Shown here piece by piece: positions 9,167 to 19,100 of a stretch of 64,000 nucleotides of DNA (position 1 is the stretch's first letter; the number at the start of each line of letters is the position of its first letter). The translations under genes were made by a program, and so were the position numbers. The notes beneath the pieces were generated by a model, which made no database searches, was not told the DNA's origin, and worked only from the letters and a program-made list of their open reading frames with translations. The stretch lies in sequence record MN159079.1; one strand, written 5' to 3'.

Positions 9167-9865
9167 ATGTTTAAGTCACTTGCTCGTCAAACTGTTGTTA
9201 TCGCTTTATTTGTTGGTGTTCTATTTGGCGGCATTGGTTACAAGTTAGCCGACTACCGTACTCACGAAGTTAAGAGTGATGTCATTGTCACTCATGAAGT
9301 AATGCCTGAGTGGAAACTTTTACAGCTCCGGGAGATCTCTGAAGAAAGCAGGGGTGAAGCTATCGCTCCCGTCGATCAGCAAGAACTCATTATGAACTAT
9401 GCTGAAGTCCAAGACCATGCTGCGTTCTACGAGTTCATCGCTAAGGGTTCCGATGACCGAGTGGTTCTTTACTGTGACGCTCACACCAACTCTGTCAACA
9501 TCGGTTACCAGTTTGGTTTGGTAGATGAGGAACTGTCCGAACGGCTTGATGGATTCTCTATCAAGGTTCTCCGTCCAGGCAGTACTGGTTACTTTATCTT
9601 TGATGAAATGCGCCCTGCGCTCTATGACACTCATCAAGAAAGCACCTATCTCAATGCAGGAATGAAAGCGTTGGCTGATGAAGATCCCGAAGCACTGGTG
9701 GTCTTTACTCTTCGCTATAGCGGTACGGAAGAGGAGTCTCTGGTAGCAGGTGTATCGCCAGCCTTTAAGGTTCGGGATGTACTTGCAGCCTGGAATGCAG
9801 TTCCTACATCAGCGTGTGAGTTCGTCAACCTCACTGATTACCCTTCTTCGTTTGAACAGGAATAA
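9167..9865 (+). CDS. membrane-anchored periplasmic protein
   Basis: N-terminal hydrophobic anchor; GGAG RBS; terminator 9871-9898. Confidence 0.8.
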   Translation: MFKSLARQTVVIALFVGVLFGGIGYKLADYRTHEVKSDVIVTHEVMPEWKLLQLREISEESRGEAIAPVDQQELIMNYAEVQDHAAFYEFIAKGSDDRVVLYCDAHTNSVNIGYQFGLVDEELSERLDGFSIKVLRPGSTGYFIFDEMRPALYDTHQESTYLNAGMKALADEDPEALVVFTLRYSGTEEESLVAGVSPAFKVRDVLAAWNAVPTSACEFVNLTDYPSSFEQE

Positions 9866-9870
9866 AAATA

Positions 9871-9898
9871 ACTCTCTAGCCTTAACGGGCTAGAGAGT
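9871..9898 (+). terminator. intrinsic terminator hairpin
   Basis: ACTCTCTAGCC...GGCTAGAGAGT then T-rich tract. Confidence 0.8.
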
Positions 9899-9943
9899 TC
9901 TTCATTCTATATTTGTTTTTGACATACATTCCATCTCAGATAG

Positions 9944-9959
9944 ATATTACCTAAGTGAT
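9944..9959 (+). promoter_or_regulatory. putative phage early promoter
   Basis: ATATTACCTAAGTGAT, identical to 59951-59966. Confidence 0.65.
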
Positions 9960-9994
9960 AGATAACCAATATCTTTTATTCACACTTAGGAGAG

Positions 9995-10183
9995 ATGACG
10001 ATGTTCGCTATCAAAAACATTACTGTTCTGTTCACCGTTGTTATCTCCCTGGTGGGGATTAACCATTTGACAGTTAACAACCACATGAAACTCCATGATG
10101 GTGTCCGACCTGTTGTTCAGTACGATCACGCAAATCGTATACTGGATGTTAGCAATCTCGAAGTAAAACCAAATACCTTTTAA
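9995..10183 (+). CDS. small membrane-anchored protein
   Basis: 62 aa with AGGAG RBS and N-terminal TM segment. Confidence 0.7.
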   Translation: MTMFAIKNITVLFTVVISLVGINHLTVNNHMKLHDGVRPVVQYDHANRILDVSNLEVKPNTF

Positions 10184-10193
10184 GGGGAAATAA

Positions 10194-10916
10194 ATGAAAA
10201 ACCAACCTAATGGCGAACTCAGCGTTCAGGTAGATTACATCCGTAAATTCATGTTTCTGTTTCAGGAGCATGATGTACCTATGAGCTTGATCCGTGCTTG
10301 TGTTAAGTCCATTGCACAGAACGATCTGGCTCACAACCTTGGACATGTTCATGGTGTTTGTGAACTGGCCAGTCAGATGGCCGAGTGCCGCGTCAATAAG
10401 GATGACCAATTGAAGGTTATGCTGGCAGCACTGTTCCACGATCTGGGTTGTCGTTATAACCGGGATGATCATCATCTCATCAGCTACGGCCTCACCTATC
10501 AGTATCTGGCTGAGTACTGGCCTGAGCGTTTCACTCCTGATGAAATCAAGGAGATCGCTGTGGCTGTACTGGAACACCGTAGTTCCAGTAAGGGTAAACC
10601 GACCAGTCTGATTTCTGAGATCGTTTCGGTAGCGGACAGTGGCAAACCTAACATCGAGATCTATATCAAGCGGGCGTTGCAATTCCGCATCTCTCGTGGT
10701 GATCTCGAAAACAAGGGTAAAGATGTACTGTTCGATGAAGTATATCATCACCTCCTGGAGAAGTTCGAGAGCAATACCGGGTACCACTGGAATAGCTACC
10801 CTGATATAGGACTCATGCACTTCAAAGAAGAATGGGATGAATTCCAGGTTCTTCTTCACCCGACTCTTGTAAGTCACGCTATGAGAACCATAAGCGAGAT
10901 TTACAACAAACTGTAA
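10194..10916 (+). CDS. HD-domain phosphohydrolase
   Basis: H...H (AHNLGHVHGV), LAALFHDLG, EHR and VADSG motifs of the HD superfamily. Confidence 0.85.
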   Translation: MKNQPNGELSVQVDYIRKFMFLFQEHDVPMSLIRACVKSIAQNDLAHNLGHVHGVCELASQMAECRVNKDDQLKVMLAALFHDLGCRYNRDDHHLISYGLTYQYLAEYWPERFTPDEIKEIAVAVLEHRSSSKGKPTSLISEIVSVADSGKPNIEIYIKRALQFRISRGDLENKGKDVLFDEVYHHLLEKFESNTGYHWNSYPDIGLMHFKEEWDEFQVLLHPTLVSHAMRTISEIYNKL

Positions 10917-10964
10917 TAGATGGAGGGAGCCTATTCTCCCTCCCCATTAAAAGGAAACAAGCGA

Positions 10965-11258
10965 ATGAACAACCAACTCAAAAGCACCTGCGTTAACCTG
11001 ACCAACAACTTCTTCTTCTACAAGAATGAAAACGGCGTGGTCTATTTTTCCAGTTATCAACTTTCACTGGATGGGTTCCTGGAAATCACCAGTGATGAAC
11101 TTTATGCGGTCCTCGATGGACTCGATCACTTCTATCTGAAGGCCGAGATAATCGGTGAAGTAGAAGTGCACGAACTGGTCACCGAGACCACCAAGGTTCA
11201 CGCCACAATGTCTGGTCACAAACATGTGATCGCTGATACTTTCTACTCCGTCTGGTAA
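10965..11258 (+). CDS. hypothetical protein
   Basis: ATG 10965 after AAGGA RBS (track start 10920). Confidence 0.7.
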   Translation: MNNQLKSTCVNLTNNFFFYKNENGVVYFSSYQLSLDGFLEITSDELYAVLDGLDHFYLKAEIIGEVEVHELVTETTKVHATMSGHKHVIADTFYSVW

Positions 11259-11267
11259 GGTTGTGAT

Positions 11268-11582
11268 ATGTCCAATATGCAAGTACAAATCCTTCGTCCC
11301 TTTGACATCGTTCGCTGCTGCAAACATGGAGACACGTCAATCGGGATGGTGACCGAGGTCACTGATGGCAATCGTTGTAGTATCGATTGGTTCGTTAATG
11401 ACGCCAACATGCCCAATGCTTGGATTAACGCTATGCAGCTTACCATACTGGGTAACTGCATGAACGCTATTGCAAGAGCAATGGCACATCCCATGGGGTC
11501 AGGTGCTAAACATCCGGACAGTATGTTCCCGATGACTGTAGACGGTCAAACCACTCCCTACCATCACAAATCAGGACGATAG
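11268..11582 (+). CDS. hypothetical protein
   Basis: 104-aa ORF tightly packed in the operon. Confidence 0.7.
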   Translation: MSNMQVQILRPFDIVRCCKHGDTSIGMVTEVTDGNRCSIDWFVNDANMPNAWINAMQLTILGNCMNAIARAMAHPMGSGAKHPDSMFPMTVDGQTTPYHHKSGR

Positions 11583-11585
11583 AAA

Positions 11586-11918
11586 ATGTATCATCTACTC
11601 GCACAACAAAACAATCCTCTCAACGCAAGAATGTCTGCCGCTATCGAAATGGTCCAGCTGGCCAATGAACGTTACGGTGTACGACCCAGTTTAGAACTCG
11701 TGTTGAAATATCTGGACGACCCGCAGCGAGTGCCAGAGACAATCGACATCAACGCCCAGATCCTGGATCATCACACCCACTTCAAGTTGTTACCCAAAGA
11801 ACGAAGGGTGGTTACTCACGCCCATCTGGGAATGGATTTCAGTGCTGAACGGATTGGACGTAAAGCTCTGGAGGAAGATTATGGTTATCATACCCACGGT
11901 AAGCTTGAAACTGATTAA
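11586..11918 (+). CDS. hypothetical protein
   Basis: 110-aa ORF tightly packed in the operon. Confidence 0.7.
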   Translation: MYHLLAQQNNPLNARMSAAIEMVQLANERYGVRPSLELVLKYLDDPQRVPETIDINAQILDHHTHFKLLPKERRVVTHAHLGMDFSAERIGRKALEEDYGYHTHGKLETD

Positions 11919-11935
11919 CAGTTGAGAACAGCAAA

Positions 11936-11966
11936 AGAGCTAGTCACCCATTGGGTGACTAGCTCT
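11936..11966. terminator. bidirectional terminator between convergent operons
   Basis: AGAGCTAGTCACCCA-T-TGGGTGACTAGCTCT with A/T runs on both sides. Confidence 0.8.
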
Positions 11967-11991
11967 AGTTATATTACTGTTTTTTTTTTGG

Positions 11992-12894
11992 TTAACCGAC
12001 GTAGTCAGGGCGTACGATGGTGCGCTTCTCAGCGTTCATCATTTCCTGAATACCGTTATCCTTGAGACCTTGCAGGGTCGCAGTCTGGGTCTTGAAGCCG
12101 GCAGGAGCATCACGACCAGCAGGGTTGTAAAGCGGCATACGTTGGAGCATGGCTTTTGCAATCTGCTTGGCAGCGTAGGTGTCGAATTCGATCAGACCGG
12201 TGAACTCGGTGTTAACTTCACGAACACGGCCAGCAGTCTGGTCGATATCGAAGGACATCTCGATGGAAGGGGTTTCCTTCGGCATCTGTGCCAACACCAG
12301 GGCGGCGTGACGGATTTCCTTGAAGTTACGAGTCGGTTCGAAGTAGATCGAAGCCATGGAGATTTCATCCAGCAGCAGATCACCCGGATAGTTCAGAGTG
12401 ATTGCTTTGGGGTGCAGGATGGTCGGATCCATGATCAGGTATTCGGACCAAACTTGCATCAGCTTGGAGAAGGACTCGCCTTCCGGATCCAGGGCGTTGT
12501 GGCTGATCGCACCGAACTGGCGTTGTGCACCGGTCGGGAAGGACAGCTGGGCGCCACCGGCCCAAGTGATGTCGTGGTAGTCGAGGGAAGTACGAGCGGT
12601 CAGACCGCTCCAGTTACGACTACGGGTTTCCATGTATGCACGCAGCAGACCGTGGAACTGACGACCGCCAGGGATGTGGTCGAAACCAGCCGGGGTTGAC
12701 AGTACAACACAGTACGGACGCTGGGACACATACGGTTGCTCTTCGACATAGCGGTAGTTGTTCGGCGCGTAGCCGTACTGACCACCATGTGCGGCGTTGA
12801 TCACGGGAGCGTTGCCTACGTTAAAGGCGCGATGGAATTCGCTGTTCCCGGGAAGCAAGGTCTTATTATCACGGTGCGGATAATTAGTTGCCAT
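11992..12894 (-). CDS. tail tube protein (phiKZ gp30-like)
   Basis: 300 aa directly downstream of the sheath; high-expression codon bias; size and synteny fit phiKZ-like phages. Confidence 0.8.
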   Translation of the reverse strand: MATNYPHRDNKTLLPGNSEFHRAFNVGNAPVINAAHGGQYGYAPNNYRYVEEQPYVSQRPYCVVLSTPAGFDHIPGGRQFHGLLRAYMETRSRNWSGLTARTSLDYHDITWAGGAQLSFPTGAQRQFGAISHNALDPEGESFSKLMQVWSEYLIMDPTILHPKAITLNYPGDLLLDEISMASIYFEPTRNFKEIRHAALVLAQMPKETPSIEMSFDIDQTAGRVREVNTEFTGLIEFDTYAAKQIAKAMLQRMPLYNPAGRDAPAGFKTQTATLQGLKDNGIQEMMNAEKRTIVRPDYVG

Positions 12895-12906
12895 TTTCTA
12901 CATTCC

Positions 12907-15108
12907 TTACTGGGTAGCCAGTGAATCTTCGTTGTACGCTTCCAGTGTGGAGTCCATCATGTACACACCCTTGGAGAACCAGAGGCGGGTAGTGGTGAAC
13001 ATCACAGACTTGGCGTTCGGACTGTCTTCACGGAAAGTCGGGTCAACAGAGTAGTTGACGATGACAGCACCGAGTTGCTCACGGATGCGAGCTTCGGCGG
13101 CGTCCTTCAGACGAGCGATGTAACCTTCCCGGCGGAGCTGGGTGTTACCAGAGATCTTGATCCATTCGTCTTGGAGGATCTTCTCAACGCAGATACAGGC
13201 CCATACGTTGGGGAGGTCTTTCAGAACGGATTCGGTACTGTTGTACACAGTCGGCAATGCCGGGCGGCAGAACTGAGAGGTGTTCAACGGAGTGACCGTA
13301 ATGGAACCCTGGATCAGGTTGTTCGCTGCGGGATCGTCATCTTCGAACTGTACCAGCGGATCGTGCATTACACGGAGAGTACGGTTACCCTCGTTATCCG
13401 GCATCAGGTTCGCGTAAACCTTACCATCTTCACCACCGCCCGCGATAGCGAATGCGTACATGGTTTCGATGTTCAGGGAGAACTGACCGAAGGTCGGTTC
13501 GTCGATAACACGACCGGTCCACAGGTTGATGGCCGAACGGCAAGCATGAGACTGGAAGGTCTCGCTTTCCGGGATCATGGCGATCTTGGTGTGGAGTGCT
13601 TCGCGAGTGGAGTACAGTTGCTCTTGGCTCTTGTTTACCAGGTACTCGGTAGCACACGGTACGACGATGATGTCTTTACGCTTGCCCAGGAAACTGATCA
13701 GCAGATCTTTGATCGCGTCGTTGTAACCGAGGTCCCACATAAAGGAGGTACGGTTACGGATCACGTCTTTGACATCCAGGGAACCACGGTAACTGGTCAG
13801 GTAGCCTTCGATCAGGATCTGGTTCATAGCCCAGAACTGTTTGTGGCTTACCAGCTCGTCGGTACCGGATTTGGTAACCCAGGGACCATCGACTGCTTCG
13901 ATCCAGCTATCCGGAGCGTCGGGGTAGTTGCCGTTGGCGAGAGCGTACGGGTCAACACCACCAGAAGCCTGGAAGTAGTGGTTCATGCTCACACGAGAAA
14001 CCTCCAGCTTATCGCCAGGGAATTTCGTGTTCCCGCCGAACACAACGTGATGATACGGATTACCGTTATGATCGACGAAGGAGAACGGGTTCATGATTGC
14101 ACGAACCGGGAGCTTGTTGCTCAGGACTTCAGGGGCGACACCCACACCATCAACATACTCGGCTTTGTACAGGGCTGCACAAACGGTATCGATGTTGGTG
14201 TTGTAAACAAATGCGTCGGTAAACGGAGCAGGGCGCTCTTGTACCGGACGGTTTACGTCACGACCGGTGAAACGGTCCAGGGCCACTTGGATACCATAGC
14301 GGACATTGTTGTTGTCAGCCATGTTGTACAGAGTGAACTGTGCATCCGGAGTACCGGAAACAGTAGTAGCCGGAATACGCATCCCGTTATCCAGACGCTC
14401 ACCGATGTTCATGACGAACGGGAAAGCACCGTAGGTGATAACGAAGCGCGCCACTTCGGTCCAGTCAGTAAAGCTGGGGTTACCGAACGCAGCATACATT
14501 GCGTTATAGGCATCGCCCACGCCACCTACCAGTTCGAACAGAGGGTAGAACTTACCCTTGGCGTCATCGGGGAGGGTACCGCCGGCAACTGCGTTCACTT
14601 CGAAACTGTTGGCTTTACCGACAGGGGTGTCGGGACTGGCTTTCAGGATTGCGGGGAAACCAACCACACCTTTTACGGTAGGGGTCGTTTTGTCGACAAT
14701 CGGCTTACCGGCATCGTCGAACTCGTAACCGCCAGCGGCGTTACGTTCGTAGTTAGGTACATCCTGTCCTTCGAACAGAATAACACCCATGATCACCCGA
14801 GCGTGCTCTTCGTTAGCCGTCAGACGACGGAAACTGAAGGATGCTTGACCGGCTTTACCCAGGACACCGATGGCTACTGCAACAGGGTTGTAGTAGGGAC
14901 CGTTCGGGTCTTGGATGTCACCGAACTTCTCGGAGAAACCGGACATGGCAACAGTTGCACGACCGATGGGACCACGAGGAGTTACGCAGGCGAAGTCAGG
15001 GAAGTGAGCGGGAGAAGAGATGATCGGATTGGTCGGCGTCAGGTTTTCACGACTGACGATACCGTTCTGATGGACCTTCCCCGGTACCAATTTGGTAGTA
15101 GTACTCAT
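12907..15108 (-). CDS. contractile tail sheath protein (phiKZ gp29-like)
   Basis: 733 aa; N-terminal TPRGP...F...FGD and C-terminal WDLGY...RKD sheath-like segments; divergent from the baseplate/terminase operon as in phiKZ-like phages. Confidence 0.85.
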   Translation of the reverse strand: MSTTTKLVPGKVHQNGIVSRENLTPTNPIISSPAHFPDFACVTPRGPIGRATVAMSGFSEKFGDIQDPNGPYYNPVAVAIGVLGKAGQASFSFRRLTANEEHARVIMGVILFEGQDVPNYERNAAGGYEFDDAGKPIVDKTTPTVKGVVGFPAILKASPDTPVGKANSFEVNAVAGGTLPDDAKGKFYPLFELVGGVGDAYNAMYAAFGNPSFTDWTEVARFVITYGAFPFVMNIGERLDNGMRIPATTVSGTPDAQFTLYNMADNNNVRYGIQVALDRFTGRDVNRPVQERPAPFTDAFVYNTNIDTVCAALYKAEYVDGVGVAPEVLSNKLPVRAIMNPFSFVDHNGNPYHHVVFGGNTKFPGDKLEVSRVSMNHYFQASGGVDPYALANGNYPDAPDSWIEAVDGPWVTKSGTDELVSHKQFWAMNQILIEGYLTSYRGSLDVKDVIRNRTSFMWDLGYNDAIKDLLISFLGKRKDIIVVPCATEYLVNKSQEQLYSTREALHTKIAMIPESETFQSHACRSAINLWTGRVIDEPTFGQFSLNIETMYAFAIAGGGEDGKVYANLMPDNEGNRTLRVMHDPLVQFEDDDPAANNLIQGSITVTPLNTSQFCRPALPTVYNSTESVLKDLPNVWACICVEKILQDEWIKISGNTQLRREGYIARLKDAAEARIREQLGAVIVNYSVDPTFREDSPNAKSVMFTTTRLWFSKGVYMMDSTLEAYNEDSLATQ

Positions 15109-15224
15109 AAGGAATTGACTCCGGAAATATTGGAAGTTTTTTGATCAAAAAACTCAATCGTATGACCTTACGGCCACTTGATTACTGACGTTAACACGCA
15201 TAACATTAATTTGGAACTGAAACT

Positions 15225-16100
15225 ATGATCTTAAATGGTTACGATACCACTGTTGGTACTCGTTTTAAAGTAAAAGATAAGGTTACGGAAACACTCCGTG
15301 CCTTGCAAAGTTCCGACCGACTCGAACTTGTTGAGAACCGTGGTGTGTACGCCATTACTCACAAGAACGACTTCGGTCTCCCTCCTTTTATTTTCCCGAT
15401 GTCTATCCAGAACTACATGCGCAAGCCTGTAACTGTATTTGATCAACGGGGGTACATCAACCGCGAAGGACGCAATATCAACATCCCGGAGTACAACGTA
15501 ATGCTCCTGGCTGCGTGTTTACAGCAAGACCTTCAACTGGGTAACAAAACACTTATTAAGAGTGTGCGTCCCTTCACTGTCAAAGCATTCGCCAATGCCA
15601 TGGGTCGGAAGCTGGAACGGACCGTTGCAATGGATATGACCCAGAAGCGGATCCTCCGGACCATCCTGGCCTACTACTACGTTTGTCTGATGGAAGATCC
15701 CAATGTGGATTACAAGTTCATCGCTCAGAACGTAATAAAGGCAGCGTTGCGTTATGACATCAATGATGTTCGTGAAGTGATCGACGAGCTGGGTTACGTG
15801 GGGACACTCCCTGATCTGTTGTCCGCTATCGTTAACCATCCTTCCCTGTTCGCTCTGAAGAACTTGGACATGGCTGGTTTGGTTGGCGTGGCCGGAACGA
15901 TCTTCTTCAGTACGTCCGGGTTCAAGTTCATCGTCAGCGCAGCTATCGAACTTCCGACTCTGTTCACTGCAATGTGCTGGGGTGCTGCTAGTCAACGCAT
16001 TTACCAGAACACTACTCTGGGTGAAGAGCTCAACGTCAAACAAGATAAGAACGTTGAAACCTTCATTAAACAAGTAGGTTACTATTTCCAATCGGTATAA
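15225..16100 (+). CDS. virion structural protein (phiKZ gp28 position)
   Basis: 291 aa; synteny between sheath and terminase. Confidence 0.65.
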   Translation: MILNGYDTTVGTRFKVKDKVTETLRALQSSDRLELVENRGVYAITHKNDFGLPPFIFPMSIQNYMRKPVTVFDQRGYINREGRNINIPEYNVMLLAACLQQDLQLGNKTLIKSVRPFTVKAFANAMGRKLERTVAMDMTQKRILRTILAYYYVCLMEDPNVDYKFIAQNVIKAALRYDINDVREVIDELGYVGTLPDLLSAIVNHPSLFALKNLDMAGLVGVAGTIFFSTSGFKFIVSAAIELPTLFTAMCWGAASQRIYQNTTLGEELNVKQDKNVETFIKQVGYYFQSV

Positions 16101-16116
16101 CTTTTGGAGTTATTAA

Positions 16117-19100
16117 ATGGCTGATCAAACCGCCAAGTTCCAACTGGAACGGGCTCGCTCATTTGTGAGTGGTTCTGATCTGTCTGTGACCTTCAATATC
16201 ATCCCAGCAACGCCTGATGAAAAGGCGTTGCTGGCACATGTCGAAGATCTGGACAAGGTTACGAACACCGTAGGTTCCACAAGGACACCAACCAGCCAGA
16301 AGTTTGACTCTGCTAAACAGACAATCTCTTTTATCATCCCTGTTGTTCGCAGTGATGCCAAGAACATGACGTACATCTTTATTGGTGACGTTACTATCGA
16401 TGGCATTCGCTATCCTTACAACTACTCATTGACAATTGAACCTGTCGATGTGGAAGTAAACAAACTGTTCGATGATGGGATCGACATGGTGTTTGAGTTC
16501 GGTTATACCGTGCACAACACTAAGCTCCCAGTCACCATCCCTGGTGTAGTGACTCTCAATGAGGGTAGCTATGTAAAGGAAGGGGCCGAACTTCGTAAGG
16601 TGTCCGAGACAACTGCCGCTGGGGTGGCATTGTATCGAGTAGAGATTGAGCTGTTCCAGGTCAAACATCCCAGGTTGTTTATCAAGGGCTCTGTTGCTTT
16701 TGAATACCCCGAATACACAATTCATGTTCCCTTTGAGAAATGGCAAGATGAAAACATCGCTTGGGAAAGTTATCCCCGACCGCTTGTTGACTATGCCAAG
16801 AAACATATGTGGGGACACCGTGAACTGGATAACAACTACCAACTTAAGTTGGGACGTGTTTCACCAGCCAACGGGTTAATCAATAACTTTTTCTTTGCTG
16901 GTAAAACTTTCCTTCTTCCTGGTCCTAGTCACTTCTACCATGTCTTTAGCATGGGTGGGTTTGACATCAACTTCTGGAACATGGGGCAAAGGAAATTAGA
17001 CTGGTGGCCTTTCAACACATGGAAGACACTGTCTGAGATTTCCAACCAGCGCGGCACCAGCCTCGACGTCTATAATGGCCGTGGTCGGATGTTCCCTCGT
17101 GGTGATGTTTGGATGTTGAACACTTATCAGGGTGTGACGTTCATAGCAATGCCAGTGACCCAGATGTACCCTATCCCCATGGATAAGAACATGTACATCC
17201 GGTGTTACACGTCGGATATTAATACCGCGATCATCTCCGAGGAAGAACAAACCAAATATCGGTTTGGCTATGCGTTCAGGGAATATTCCGATCCCGCTGA
17301 TTTTACTTACATCACCGAACAGTACAACATGTACAACAGTTTCAATACTGGCCGTGTTCAATTCTTCTTGAACGGGGTGGTGAGTGATATCAGTAAATAT
17401 GTCAGGGCTAGTGGAGACCTCTTGGAGGTAGCGTACGACCCGACGATTGGTCAGACTCATACGTACAAGTTCAAAGACTTGGCCGATTTCTATTCGGTAA
17501 TGGATGAGAAACGTAAACTGATCATCTTCCCTGGCGATTTGTCAAAACCTCGGTACTACAAGTATCATAACGATATCGACGTCTACGTTGTCAACCGTCG
17601 TACCAAACAAGCATTGTATTACCATCGTAACAAGGTGGATGCCATTCGTCAGCTTACGCATCATGACTTCGCACTAGCCGCTGGCTATGTGGAATTCTTG
17701 ATCAGTGAACTGATGAACATGGATAGTACAAAGCGTACTACGGTCAATGACATCGACATCCAGATCTATCATCGGGAAACCAAGTGGAAGTTCGAATTGG
17801 GTCCGACCTCAAGTCGTATCAACGACTTGTATCTCCTGGAGGATCCAGAAAAGATTCTTGGGGCGATGACTGGTGCACAGAGTACAGTTAAGGAATGGTC
17901 TGCTCCGGAGTTGGAAAAGGGTGCGACGAACTTTGTTCTGAATGCCATCCTTCAAGAGCTCTCTACAACGACTGTGCGTGAGGGTCTTGGATATAACGGT
18001 TGCTCTGTTGCACTGAGTGCATCTCCGTTGTATATGCCGTATATCACTCCGGGTGATCCTGGCTTTGAAGATGTCTTCCCGACACCTCCTTATGAAACCG
18101 GTCTGGGTTATCGTATCCCTGCGAGTTATGTTGAATCATCTACCGCGTACGAGTACGACAAGAACGGTCTGTATATTCGTAAGGTAGGGGTGATCAAGTC
18201 CGAGTGGTATAAGCCCGGTCCTGACTGTTACTATGTCGAGTTCGTGGTTGGACAAGCTTCCACATGGTTGGACTGTGCAATCAGCAGAACAGACGTAAAA
18301 CTCAGACCTGGGTTTGGGTTCAGAGTCTATACAGCCGGATGGCTGATTGATCCTGACGATCCGGAAGTGCCTGACAACTCACTCTTCAAGAAAGAGTTTA
18401 ACATCACTGCTGACGGTAAAGAGATCTATCCTGAACCTTATGAGATCAAAATCTATGGTGATGGAGAGAATACCGCTCCTGACCTCGAGATCGTCACCAG
18501 CGGTGGTCGACCGGATGGTAAGTGGGTGGATGTTACCGGAACTGATGAGTATCGGATAGTGAACGGATACATTTCCTGGAACTTCGACACTCGGAACAAA
18601 GTGGGTATGGTGATCTTTGACACCGTTCATTTGTTCAATCAGTTTGAACTGTATCACATCGATAACAGTATCAGTTTCCAGATCATGCACACCTGGGATA
18701 TCGGTGGTCTTCCATTACCGATTGAACCTGGTCAGATTGATCTGTGGATTAACGGACATCCTGCGATTGAAAATGTCGACTATGTACTTGACTTCCCCAA
18801 CGTTTACGTTATCAGCAAAATGTGGCTGAAGGAAGGCGGTCGTAACACATTCGCTTATCGCGGTCGCGGTCTTTCTGGTAAAGGACTGATTCCTTCTAGC
18901 GAGTTGGGTTTTGTCTACGACGGTGTACTGGGTATCAATGGTCGGTACAACCTCCGTATCGATCGTCCTACCAAGACAATCATCAATGGTCGGTTGTATC
19001 TTACTGAAGCACTGGACTGGTCCGAGGATATCAACCACGGTCAAAACGTCGGTGCACTGAACGGGATGCCTTATGAGGTCAAGCATATCTACTGCGATAA

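Noticed and set aside
13075-15144. 689-aa plus-strand ORF antisense to the tail sheath; similar long shadow ORFs at 53984-55960, 47043-47912, 42864-44111 and 20165-21304
   Set aside because: These are mirror-frame artefacts of strong C-ending codon bias in real highly expressed genes; they lack RBSs and have unnatural composition
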